Assembly: GCF_004010195.1 (NCBI RefSeq)
Contig: NC_057718.1
Coordinates: 13,170,895 to 13,204,498, forward strand
Length of the DNA: 33,604 nt
Direction of reading: 5' to 3'
Source of the DNA: Chiloscyllium plagiosum
Taxonomy: Eukaryota
The translations under genes were made by a program, and so were the position numbers. A model generated the notes under the pieces. The model was not told the DNA's origin and did not search any database. It saw nothing but the letters and a program-made list of their open reading frames with translations. Below are positions 1-11,011 of this stretch, piece after piece. The stretch's first letter is position 1; each line of letters opens with the position of its first letter.

Positions 1-281
1 AGTCCCAACCCTTGGACTCAACACTGCATTCTTGACCTGCAATCTTCTTCCTGACCTCTCCATCCCCACCCCCTCTCCGGACTATCACCCTCGCCTTAAC
101 CTCCTTCCACCTATCGCATTCCCAACGCCCCACCCCAAGTCCCTCCTCCCTACATTTTATCTTAGCCTGCTTGGCACACCCTCCTCATTCCTGAAGTAGG
201 GCTTATGCCCGAAACGTCGATCCTCCTTCTTCTTTGATGCTGCCTGACCCTCTGCGCTTTTCCAGCAACACATTTTTAAGC
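1..281 (+). mobile_element. Penelope-like element 3' terminal repeat (pLTR) fragment, family A
   Basis: Contains gggcttatgcccgaaacgtcga...gatgctgcctgacc..ctgcgcttttccagcaacacatttttaagc, the same block as 9770-9964, 10669-10878 and 20313-20403. Hammerhead-like core at 191-218 with A9>T (CTGAAGT). Confidence 0.75.
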
Positions 282-569
282 AACCTTTACAACTGCAGAT
301 CACTGGCAAACCAGATAGATTGCTAGGCAATTCCACAGATGGCCTTTCCCCTCCTGTTGCTGGCTGAATACTCATGGTTGCAGGGTAAGGCCTTTCAGGG
401 ACAAATTTGCCTTTGTGGTAAGACTGCCTACAAGTCTTTCCGCTCCACACTTAATAGAACAGAAGCAGGAAGTGGTGGAAATTCCCCTCTGCATCATACA
501 TTCAATACCATACCAACTCAAAATTTGCCCAGGCGTAACTAAATTTCATCTTGAGCTCTTTTGCAGCTG

Positions 570-1020
570 CGTCCATTCAAGTAGGGAATACTCCAATACA
601 GTCCTGAGGGTTCTTAAAGTGCACTGGTAGTGTTACTACACCTGAGCCACAAGGCCTGGGTCCTAGACCCACCTGCTCCAGAATTGTGTAATAATATCTG
701 AATATAAAATATCTCCATTATAGTCCTGTTTTAAGTGACAAAGATGGTGGAAATGCTGTGAAGGATCAGGAAATGAGTCACATGTCTCAGAGTATCCAGC
801 TTCTGTGCTATTCCTGTAGCCACAATATTGGCATGAGTTAGGCTTCTGGTCAACATTGTCAAAAAAGGTGGAGCCAGGCTTCAGCAATGGTAATATCTTT
901 GAAAGTCAATAAGAAGTAGCTGCACTATTCTTGAAGATGGTCCTTAACTGATACTTTCAAGGTATAAACGTTGACAGCTCAATGCGGGATGTTGTCTGAG
1001 TCCTGCTACAAGCAACAATA
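570..1020 (-). mobile_element. Highly decayed non-LTR retrotransposon (CR1/L2 group) fragment
   Basis: Resembles, from memory, the antisense RT region of a common elasmobranch LINE (ctgtagccacaatatt..., ttctggtcaa); no intact ORF. Confidence 0.35.
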
Positions 1021-1110
1021 GGGTACAACATCCTTGGGATGCAATTAATGGTATTCAAGATAATCTTTCTATGTGACATTAATCATTCCAAATAATCCTG
1101 AATTTTCACT

Positions 1111-1182
1111 TCAGTCCCAAATGACTTGGTATTTGCTGGCAACTGGGAAATATTTTGTAGGATGCACTTTCCTCCCTCGAGA
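1111..1182 (-). CDS. Candidate last coding exon of an unrecognised small secreted peptide (SRGRKVHPTKYFPVASKYQVIWD*)
   Basis: Minus-strand acceptor ctctgtccatgtgtgtctag|TCT; phase-0 start matches the end phase of exon 5347-5395; TGA at 1113-1111; non-repetitive sequence. Confidence 0.4.
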   Translation of the reverse strand, partial: SRGRKVHPTKYFPVASKYQVIWD

Positions 1183-1321
1183 CTAGACACACATGGACAG
1201 AGTAATAATGTTAATGTTATAATTGTACAGAAGAAACTGGGGAAGGGGAAAAAAAAAATCAAGTCTGGTGTACAGATCTGCAGTACTGCACTTGAAAATT
1301 CTGATCTCCTTGATTCTCTTA

Positions 1322-1958
1322 TCAAAGATGGCGGCAGAGTAGGACGCTGTAGCCGGAGCTCGTCCACTCCATCCATTTCACTTTTTATCCCCCTTTGTGT
1401 TGTTTCCTTTTTCTCTCTTTCTTCTCATCCTCGGATGCCCTGCCTCAGCACAACTTCAGACACCTGGCCTGAGCACAGACCCAGCGAGTCAATCTCTTGG
1501 CCCAGTGTGGCAGTCTTTCGGCTGCTCATGACATCTTTCAGCTCAGTGTGGTGATCTTTCAGCAATACGTGATGGTCTCCCAGCTCGGTGTGGCCTCAGC
1601 ATGGAGTTCTGGTCTCCAGAACGGTTTCCCAGCCTAGGGAACCTCGAGGTGAAGCACGGCACAGTCTGGAGTCAAGGCCCTGCGCAGACTGGAGGCTAGG
1701 TACCAACACGAACTGGGCTGGAAGGCCCCTTGTTCTTAACTTGTTATTTCTCCATTTTCTAAGATATTCCTACAGTCTGCAATGTTGGATTTTGTTATTT
1801 CTGTATTTTTCTATTTTTTTCCCTAAGGACCTGTACTGAAGAAACCATACCTAGGTACCTTTGTAAGTGAGATGGCACTGCAAGTGGCGACTTGTAAACC
1901 TTATACTGTACTCATCTAAGTACATGTGACAATAAAGCTAATTCAAATCCAATTCAAA
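1322..1958 (+). mobile_element. Non-autonomous retroposon (SINE-like) with a Rex1/Babar-type 3' tail
   Basis: Starts aagatggcggc, has a GC-richer body, and ends ctgtactcatctaagtacatgtgacaataaagctaattcaaat, matching the 3' end of the Rex1 element at 16732-16775 (reverse complement ctgtacttaggtacatgtgacaacaataaatcaattcaaat). Confidence 0.55.
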
Positions 1959-2559
1959 ATTGTCAGATACCATTACTTTTACCATATTAAGTGTACTTAA
2001 TTGTCCTCATTTTAACTGAAAAAATTAAATTAAGAGGTCATCTACTCTTTAGTGGCTCAAGGAGTAGGATCATCAAGCCAATGCTTTTAGCTGAAGACAG
2101 CTATAAACATTTCAAACTTATGCTCCGCATTTGTGTTAGCTTAGCCATGCTTGAGAATGGGAATATTCTCATGCCTCCTCTTCCCCTGTTGTGGATTGAT
2201 TATCCAGCAGCATTTGTGTGATGTTGGTTGGATTACGGAGTTTTTCTCAATTCATTAATTTTAGGACTATATTTGCTAACTATTGTTAGCTGTTTTTGTC
2301 ATTTAATATCTAGGTAACCCTGTGTTGAAGCTTCTGTTGCTGATAGAACAGACACAACTTGCATTTGTTTTGCACTGATAATGTAATAAAACACTGCAAG
2401 GCACTTCACAGGAGCTTTATTTTTACACAACCACATGAGCTACATGATAGCATTATAATAAGTCAAGTCTTAAGCCTAACAAAGTTAAATGCTTCAGTAG
2501 CAGATGCACTGAGGCCACAATGGAGCTCAATGATATTTTGCAACTGGAAGTAAGAAGAT

Positions 2560-4165
2560 GAGGGAGATACAAAATGAGTATTTCACATAAGTATTTAAAG
2601 TGGAGAAGGATATGGAAGATACAGAATGTGGGGAAAAATAAATAGTGACATCTTGAAAAACATCCATATTACAGAGGAGGAGGTGCTGGATGTCTCCGAA
2701 CGTACAAAAGGTGGATACATCCACGGGACCTGATCAGATATACCCTAGAATCATTGGGATGTGATTGCTGGGCTCCTTGCTGAGATATTTATATCATCAG
2801 TAGCCACACATGAGGTGCCAGAAGACTGGAGGTTGGCTAACATGGGTGGAAAGGAAACTCCAGGGAACTATAACCAGTGAGCCTGACATCAGTGGTGGGC
2901 AAATTGTTGGAGGGAATCCTGAGGGACAGTATTTACATGTACTTGGAAAGGCAAGGACTGATTAGAGATAGTCAACATGGCTTTGTGCGTGGGAGGTCGT
3001 GTCTCACTAACCTAATTGAGTTTTTTGAAGAAGTAACAAAGGATTAATGAAGGCAGAGTGGTGGATATGATCTATATGGACTTCAGGAAAGCATTTGACA
3101 AGGATCCTCGTGATAAACTGGTTATCAAGGTTAGATCACATGGAATACAGTGGGAACTAGCTCAAAGGTAGAAGACAGAGGGTGGTGGTGGAGGTCTGCT
3201 TTTCAGATTAGATGCCTGTGACCAACTGTGTGCCACAAGGATCAATGCTGGGTCCACTGCATTTTAGCAGTTATATAAATGATTTGGATGTAAGTATAGG
3301 AGTTATGGTTAGAAGGTTTACAGGCAACACCAAAATTGGAGGTGTGGTGGGCAGTGAAGAAGGTTACCTCAGAGAACAATGGGATCTTGATCAGGTGGGC
3401 CAATGGGCCAAGAAGTGGCAAATGGAGTTGAATTTAGGTAAATGTGACGTGCTGCATTTTGGAAAGGTAAATCAGGGCAGGACTTATAATTTAATGGTTC
3501 ATAGTTCCTTGAAAGTGGAATCACAGGTAGATAGGATAGTGAAGAAGGCATTTGGTATGTTTGCCTTTATTGGTCAGTTTATTGACTACAGGAGTTGGGA
3601 GGTCATGATGCAGCTGTACAGGCTGTTGGTTAGGCCACTTTTGGAATACTGCCTGCAATTCTGGTCTCCCTGCTTTAGAAATGATAATGTGAAACTTGAA
3701 AGGTTCAGAAAAGATTTACAAGGATATTGCCAGGGTTGGAGAGTTTGTGCTATAGGGAGAGGCTACATTTTCCCTGGAGTGTCAGAGGCTGAGGGCTGAT
3801 CTTGTAGAAGTTTATAAGTTAACAAGGGGCATGGATAGAGTTAAGGTCTTTCCCTCAGGGTGGGGGATTCTAAACCTACAGGGCATAGGTTTAAGGTGAG
3901 AGGAGAAAGATTTAAAAGAGATCTAAGAAGCAGCTTTTTCAGTCAGAGGGTGGTGCCTGTATGGAATGAGCTGCCAGAGGAAGTGGAGGAGACTGGTAAA
4001 ATTATAACATTTAAAAGGCCCCTGGGTGGGTATATGAATAGGAAGGTTTCGCGGGATATGGCCAAATGTTGGCAAATGGGACTAGATTTATTTAGGATAT
4101 CTGGTCGCCATGCTCGAGTAGGACTGAAGGATCATTTTCATGCTGTACATCTCTATGACTCAATC
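2560..4165 (+). mobile_element. CR1-clade LINE, 5'-truncated, frameshifted RT and C-terminus
   Basis: ORF 3212-3799 has VPQGSMLGPL..YINDLD, decayed FADD (FTGNTKIGG), LVRPLLEYCLQFWSP; ORF 3860 has GHRFKVRGERF..FFSQRVVPVWNELP; tail ctctatgactc. Confidence 0.93.
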
Positions 4166-4451
4166 TTATTGATGGTCAGTTCAAGGTCAAATTTGCCAAC
4201 AAGTTTAAAACTAGTCTGTTTCAGCCTCAGCCAGTTATCAAGGATAGAAATGGATCAATAGTTGATCCTTTTCATTGGCTTGATGCAATTGAATGACTTG
4301 CTATTCCCTGTCAAAGGGCAGTTTAAAAAAAGTCAATCATGTTCAAAGGGACACAGTTCATTTGTTGGAACAGACCTGGTAAGAACAGCAGGTTTTTGTT
4401 CCTGATGGACAGTAGAAACCAACTGAATTGATCTGATGAAACAATTGCTTT

Positions 4452-4758
4452 GGGGTGGCATGGTGGCTCAATGGTTAGCCCTGCTGTCTCACAGTACCAA
4501 GGACCTGGGTTCAATCCCTACCTCAAGCGACTGTCTGTGTGGCGTTTGCACATTCCCCCTTTGTCCGCATGGATTTCTTCCCACAATCCAAAAGATGTGC
4601 AGGTCAGATGAATTGGTCGTGCTAAGTTGCCCACAGTGTTAGGTGCATTAGTTAGGGTAAATGTAGGGGAATGGATCTGGGTGGGTTACTCTTCAGAGGG
4701 TTGGTGTGGACTTGTTGGGCTGAACAGCCTGTTTCCACTTTGTAGGGAATCTAATCTA
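4452..4758 (+). mobile_element. HE1-type tRNA-derived SINE, inserted into an older minus-strand SINE (~4265-4450 and ~4760-4850)
   Basis: A box tggctcaatggttag, B box gggttcaatccc, ctgtctgtgtgg..tttgcacatt core, CR1-like tail ending aatctaatcta. Confidence 0.85.
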
Positions 4759-4864
4759 AGGTTGTTTTCTGTGGTTTCTTTACATTTCCATGGTTTTTCG
4801 TTCAATAAGTAAATTCAAGTTCACTTACTGCCATGGTGGGATTTGAACTTGCATTGGTTTTTGA

Positions 4865-5168
4865 TACAGTGAAATGAGAGATACCATTTCCAGTAGCATA
4901 ATAGTCAGTAACAGGGGACACAGTTTTACAGTGATTGGCCAAAGAACGATCAGGTGCAAGTTGTTATGATCTTCAATGCACATCCTTAAGCGGTCTTGGA
5001 AGAAGATTCAATAGTAATTTTGAAAAGGGAAATAAAATACTATGTTTGCATGAAATATTTTCAAGTTTAAGAAAATAGAAGGAGAATAGAATTATGAATA
5101 TCTCCACCAAAAGAATCAGTACAGACATGATAGACTAAATAGCCTCCAATTGTGGTGCATCATTTTGA
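4865..5168 (+). mobile_element. Old CR1 3' fragment
   Basis: Decayed aacaggggacacagtttt..., gggaaataaaatactat, aaatagcctcc motifs typical of CR1 3' ends. Confidence 0.45.
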
Positions 5169-5346
5169 ATACATCAGATCTCCAGACTATTTGCCAAATG
5201 ACATTGCCAGAAGACCACAGGACATGAAACCAGGAGCTCCTATTCCTAGTTGCTTCTTGCCGTGAATTATCCCAAATATTAATAATAAATGTAATCAAGT
5301 ATTTAATAAAATAATCTATAATTGTAACAGTGTTAATATTACTTAC

Positions 5347-5395
5347 AGTGCTTCGTGTATTCAATGAAATTTGACCTTCCATTTTGGTGTAATAT
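5347..5395 (-). CDS. Candidate internal 49-nt coding exon (R)YYTKMEGQISLNTRST of the unrecognised minus-strand gene
   Basis: Strong acceptor gtccttttcag| and donor |gtaagt (5346-5341); phase 2 to phase 0, open frame, non-repetitive sequence. Confidence 0.55.
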
Positions 5396-5509
5396 CTGAA
5401 AAGGACATTTTAAAATTAGAACAAAATTGCAATACGATATAGTATATATAAAAATGCACGTGCTTTTTGGTTTATTTTCGAATTTACTTATAATATTTTT
5501 CTCCTTAAA

Positions 5510-5795
5510 GATCTTGTGTTTCATGTGCAAAAGATGTCCCAAAACACTTTACAGACAATGAAACTTTTTGAAGTACAATAGAAAAATCATCAGCCAATTT
5601 GCACACAACAAAGTTCTACAAATAGCAATGAGATGATGAACAGATAATCTGTTTTAGAAATACAGGTTGAGGGATAATTAATGGCCAGGACACTAGGGAG
5701 AATTTCTCTGCTTTTCTTCAAACAGTGTCACAAGATCTTCTGCATCCACTTGAGAGAATAGATAAGGTCTCAGTTTATTGGCTTATCTGAATTGA
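5510..5795 (-). mobile_element. DeuSINE-like (SacSINE1/AmnSINE-type central domain) fragment
   Basis: ggccaggacactagggagaatttctctgcttttcttcaaacagtgtcacaagatcttctgcatccacttgagag resembles the antisense Deu domain as I recall it. Confidence 0.55.
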
Positions 5796-7454
5796 GGAGT
5801 ACTGTATTAATAATGATGATCGTTCCCTGGGTGAGGATCTCAGTTCATTCTGATTTTGGATGGGATATACACAAATGGTTATGAACCCAATTGAGGACAG
5901 ATGAATTGGCTACCTATCTTTACAATGCCTCCCTTTGTTGGCCACGACAAGGTAAATTTAGAAAGGATCCCTTTCCTCTCGGATACTTTTCCCAATCCAA
6001 ATGTATTTATGTTTTAAATAGAGCCACCTTAACCAGATTTTATCGACTTGAAGGAGAAGAGTTTATTAGGTTTTAAAATGAAAGGATATATATTCAAATA
6101 CAACAGAAACGCATAAAGATTAGAAATGAGAGCAAAGTCCAAAAAGTAAGAATAAAAAACAAGGACCTTTGGCTTTATATGTTGAGTGGACTGTGAAATG
6201 TTGTGTCCATTAAGATTCTGGGAATGCTGACTTTGGCAGTTGTGTAATTGCTTGGGGCTTCTTGGTTCTGTAGTTACTTGAAAGAAATTTGCTTCAACAG
6301 TGGCTTTGCTGGCTTGACCTGTTGTCAGCAATTAGAGAGAGACACAGACAACTTCTAATGGAAATTGTCAGCACACTTTAGCACAGTGGAACTCAAACTT
6401 CAAACTCGCTGACTACGATGCTGGTATTCAAAAACAAATAGTTATGATTGGCTCCCCAGTTTTATCTTTTCAGGAATACACAAGAACACAAACATGTCTT
6501 TCACCCAGAATTGATTTTCTCTCAATCCTTGTCATATCCACAATCTGGGACACAACCAATGGAGCTGGTTTTCTGCTGAGAGGAGCTAATCAGCCCTTCC
6601 TTACTTTGTAGCTATGGGAGTTCACAGTTCAGTTTATTTTTAAATGTCTTGTCTCCTAACTAACAGAATCTTGGAGTTTTCGGGCCTGAAGACCACTTTG
6701 CACTTCATGGTTCCTCTCGGACTTTGTGTAATCCTTACAGGAACATTCCAGAAGGTCACTGAGTTTAAATTCTCAGCCATCTTTTGGTTTATATGCCTTT
6801 CTTTAAAAGAGCACATTATATTAAAAGTTCAATATATCTGTAAGTTATTCAGGGTCATGGTTCGTTGTCATGACATAATCCTTTCCATACATTCAGCATA
6901 CAACAAAACTCAATTTGGTGTTCCATAATAACATTGAAGGGATTGAAATAGGATTCTAGTTTATAACTTTTTGTTCATTAACATCAACTCAAGTTGAAAC
7001 TGAAGTTTGTTCCAATGTTAAAACACTGAAAATCATAAACAGTGAAACTAAAGCTTTAGGAACTCTCAAGTGCCAGCTCAAGTTCAAGAAGTTGACCCAC
7101 TTTGGAATGTATTATTAGCAAGTTACTGTTTTAATAGAGTGGATCTCCCTCACAGTTGGCTATTGGATAGATTTAGTGCTTATAATGATCCTAAAACAAC
7201 TTAATATAAGTTTTTTCACATCACCAACCTAGTAACTCTACTGATGCAATAAATCACATGGCCAACAAGGTAAAATATCACAGACATTACCAATGCTCAA
7301 CAGCAAAGACCTCAGAAGTCTTTAATATAGTTCAGTTTTACTACAAAATATTGCGTATGATACAAATGTCCATGTAATTTTGGATTAAACTGTCAGTAGT
7401 GTAGCACTGCATTGTGGCATTGTAAACATCAATTGTCAAATATAAAAATATCTG

Positions 7455-7628
7455 GCTCACAAATGGCCTTTAGGGAAGGAAATTAGCCATCCTTACCTAT
7501 TCTGGTCCATGTGTGACAACAGAACCCAGCAATGTGACTGACTCTTAACTGCCCTCTGGGCTTTTAGGGATTGACAATAAATGCTGACCTAGCCAATGAC
7601 ACCTACATCCCATTAATGAATAAAATGA
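7455..7628 (+). mobile_element. 3' part of a tRNA-derived SINE (same family as 12078-12420)
   Basis: gactcttaactgccctctggg...caataaatgctgacctagccaatgacacctacatcccattaatgaa, shared with 12339-12420. Confidence 0.7.
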
Positions 7629-7842
7629 AAATAGCATTAGTTCTCTGATATTTAACAGAAAAAGGTCTTTATGCAGGTGGTCCCTTGCCACTGTAAGTAA
7701 AGTTGGCTGATTGCTGATTCTGAATGTGGATGTAATATCTGAGCATCCTCATTAATATTTCCATTCAGCCACAGGTTGCGTATTTATTTCCGCAGTAATG
7801 CAAGAAAAAACATCTCATATCAAAAGCTCAGCCTCAGTAACT

Positions 7843-8128
7843 GGGCAATGCAATGTCCCAGTGGTTAGCCTTGTTGCCTCAGCGCCAAGGACCAGGGTTT
7901 GATTTCAGCCTTGGGTGACTGTCTGTGTGGAGTTTGCACGCTTGTGTCTGTGTGGGTTGCCTCCACAGTCCAAAGATGTGCAGGTTAGATGAATTGCCAA
8001 TAGTGTTCAGGGATGTGTAGGCTAGGTGCATCATGTAGGGGAATGGGTCCGGGTGGGATACTCTTTGAAGGACTGGTGTAGACTTGCTGGGCCAAATGGC
8101 CTGTCTCCACACTGTAGGATTGTATGAT
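7843..8128 (+). mobile_element. HE1-type SINE
   Basis: gtggttagc A-box remnant, ctgtctgtgtggagtttgcac core, gggccaaatggcctgtctccacactgtagg tail. Confidence 0.8.
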
Positions 8129-8495
8129 CACATAACAAATACAACAACAGATTCAAAATGAATGAAATATTTAAACACTGATTTTTGTTCTCCACTGTTC
8201 AGATCTAGAGTAGATCAATAAAGTAGCTGAGACAAAGAAAATAAGGACACTAAAGTCTTAATTTCAACAGAAAATTACTAGTGTAGGTTACAAACAACTG
8301 CAGAACCATTCATTACTGGGAGGTCAGAACACCTCCAAGATTCTGTTAGTTAGGGAATGAGGGCATCACTGGCAAAGTAGATATCTATTGTCCATCCCTA
8401 ATTGTCCTGAAGATGGTAGTGAGTTACTTTTTTGAGCTGCTGCAGTCCTTGAATACATGGTTTTGATCTACTGACAGTGAAGGAACGACAATATA

Positions 8496-9295
8496 TGTTA
8501 TGGTGTTGAAGGCATGAAATGTACTTTTAAGAGAGAATGAATGCTAGTCTGAACTGAGAGCTTATAAGCACCTGTGTATATGACTAGATGGCAATCCCAG
8601 AGACTACTGGAAAATTGAAAATATGTAACATTTGGCTGTGAAATGGATACCTGAGTTTTGGTTGCTGTTTTGACAATTCAAATTTAATCAATCAGTTTAA
8701 ATTATGCCCCAAGATACGAAAACCCAATCGAGTTTGAATTAGTTGTTTTGCCAACATCGAACCAATGAGACAATCTGAGGTTGGGGTGTATAAAATGTGG
8801 GCATTTTGAATATTGGTTAGAGGGTAACTGCCATCCAGACAGAAACACATGGAGAGCTAACATTTTGCTCTCCAAGAAATTATGAAACACTCTCTATCCA
8901 AGGTACCTTTTAATATGAAACATACTCGCATTAAAATGACAATGACCCAGGGAGATCTTCAGCTGGAAGAAGAAAGCCACAGAAGATGACAGCAGCTGTG
9001 TGGTTTTGAAATTATGCTGATGTAATTTTAATAAGTGTCTTCTTGGAACAGTATATTGATATAGAGTTGGAGGCAGATAGTAAGCAGTTAAGAGAAAGTG
9101 GGGCTTAGATTTGTAAATAGTTGTTGTTTAATGTTCACTTTTAGAGTTAAACAAGAAGTAAGTTGACGTTATTTTCTTTAAGTAGTGGAATTTGGGAGTT
9201 CTCTGTCGCTCATATTTTAACAGATTATGAGGCGAGGTGAGCTTTTCTGGGTGTTTGGTTTGATTAACAGAGGGATTCACCTCCGTGTGATAACA
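8496..9295 (+). mobile_element. Solo LTR (~800 bp), probably Gypsy-type
   Basis: Terminal inverted TGTTAT...ATAACA; internal TATAAAA near 8788; splits an older minus-strand repeat (~8350-8495 and ~9300-9430); target duplication decayed (atata/acaga). Confidence 0.65.
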
Positions 9296-9769
9296 ACAGA
9301 TCGAAGTCATTTGAAGGGCAACTTGCCGATGGTGGCATTCCTAAGTATCTGTAACTCTAACCTTTCAGGTGGTTGAGATCCTGGATTTGGAAGCTGCTGT
9401 AAAAGGAGCTTTGGTGAATTGCTGTAATGCACTCCAGCAGCTGGCAACTCAAGATTTTAGCTCCAGCAGTCAGCAGAAGCCTTCTCACTAACTGAAAGCA
9501 ATACTAAAAACCTTCCTGGGGTCAGTGTGAGCCCTGATCCTACTCACTCATGCTTCTTCTATCCAATTTTTAAAAAACATTCAGGGATAACACCAAGTTC
9601 TTGACTAGCTACCTGTCTAAAGGGGACATTCCAGCACCACTATGGCAACATATCACCGCAAGAGAAACAGTACAGAACACATCTCTTAAAATCATGGTAT
9701 CGTCCACTGTACCACTTCAGAATGCTCAGCAGCCAGTGACATCCCCTATCCTGGCACCAGGAGGAAACA

Positions 9770-9964
9770 GTCGAGGAGAAAGTGAGGACTGCAGATGCTG
9801 GAGATCAGCGCTGAAAATGTGTTGCTAGAAAAGCGCAGCAGGTCAGGCAGCATCCAAGGAGGAGGAGAATCGACGTTTCGGGCATAAGCCCTTCCCGAAA
9901 CGTCGATTCTCCTGTTTCTTGGATGCTGCCTGACCTGCTGCGCGTTTCCAGCAACACATTTTCA
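9770..9964. mobile_element. Fold-back Penelope pLTR mini-insertion, family A
   Basis: Inverted arms 9812-9882 and 9894-9964 (71 bp, 5 mismatches), 11-nt loop, unpaired tail 9770-9811; 14-bp direct repeat accaggaggaaaca at 9756-9769 and 9965-9978. Confidence 0.9.
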
Positions 9965-10197
9965 ACCAGGAGGAAACATCCTGGAGTATCTTTTGTGGCT
10001 GCAGAAATGCCTGCCTGAGTGCCTTACAATTGAATCTCAGACCACTTCAGCCCTGCCTCCACCTTCCTCCCTTATTGTGCAGCAACCCTCCCGTGGTGCC
10101 ATGAAGTTGGCTCCTACTGCTGTCTCCTGTTAAAAAGGGAGCTAGCCAGAGAGAACTCCTGCACGACCTGCCTCCTTATACACTGCCTGTTGGTCTC

Positions 10198-11011
10198 TGT
10201 AACAAAACTGGTCCCTTTTTTCTAAAAGCTGTTCATCTTCTCAAGGACACTGTGTCCTTGGTTTTTTTCAGAGGAGCAATAAAACACTTCTGGCTCCAAT
10301 TAGACTAGTTTGGTACAGAGATTAAAACGTATTGAGAGGCCTTTTTGTTTATATGTAAACATATGAGACTTCAGGCCAAAGTGGTCATGTTTTATTGGTG
10401 ACCTGTATAATGAAAGGAGAGTGTTCAGCTCTCTAGCTGAGCAGTTCAGTCTAGAACTAGTTGGGCGTTCAGCAGTGGATTGTGTGAACAGCATTGTTTT
10501 TTACCGTGTTTTAAGGGGGTTTACTTATTAGGACTGTTGTGTATATTCGGAACAGCATAATTAAGTCTAGTTCGGGTAAAATGAGTTCTGTAGGGGTTCT
10601 TTATTCTGTTCTTTGTGTTTCATTGTGTAATTTTGTGAGTAAATTTTTGTCTGTTTTAAAACCTGGTATGGAAATGTGTTGCTGGAAAAGCGCAGCAGGT
10701 CAGGCAGCATCTAGGGAACAGGAGAATCGACGTTTCGGGCATTAGCCCTTCTTCAGGCTAATGCCCGAAACGTCGATTCTCCTGTTCCCTAGATGCTGCC
10801 TGACCTGCTGCGCTTTTCCAGCAACACATTTCCATCTCTGATCTCCAGCATCTGCAGACCTCACTTTCTCCTCAAAGATTAAAACCTGGTAGTCAACCTC
10901 ACTAATTTACTCCGGTAATTGTCACTGTACATTTAGCAAAACAAATTGTAAAGTTATGGTCTATGCTGCCTGCTTAAGAATTTTTTGAGTGGTCTGGCCT
11001 AGTCCACAAAA
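10198..11011. mobile_element. Probable solo LTR nested in the CR1 ORF1 remnant
   Basis: Starts TGTAACA, ends ggcctagtccacaaaa (possibly decayed ...ATAACA); CR1 ORF1 sequence resumes on both sides; no clean target duplication. Confidence 0.5.
10669..10878. mobile_element. Fold-back Penelope pLTR mini-insertion, family A, with a perfect 80-bp hairpin
   Basis: 10668-10747 is the exact reverse complement of 10756-10835; loop cttcttca; unpaired tail 10836-10878; 13-bp direct repeat ttaaaacctggta at 10656-10668 and 10879-10891. Confidence 0.93.

Noticed and set aside
1126..1554. 142-aa ORF and the overlapping 1083-1376 ORF
   Set aside because: Both cross an A-tract and a repeat boundary and show no domain; chance ORFs.
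1983..2015. Minus-strand 33-nt exon-like segment with good splice sites
   Set aside because: Stop codons in all three frames.
4452..4525. tRNA gene
   Set aside because: The A/B boxes belong to a SINE head followed by an HE1 body and tail; no complete cloverleaf. The same applies at 7843, 17404 and 22897.
10668..10835. microRNA gene or DNA-transposon MITE
   Set aside because: The arms are Penelope pLTR sequence, asymmetric (unpaired tail) with a 13-bp duplication; a retroelement fold-back explains it.
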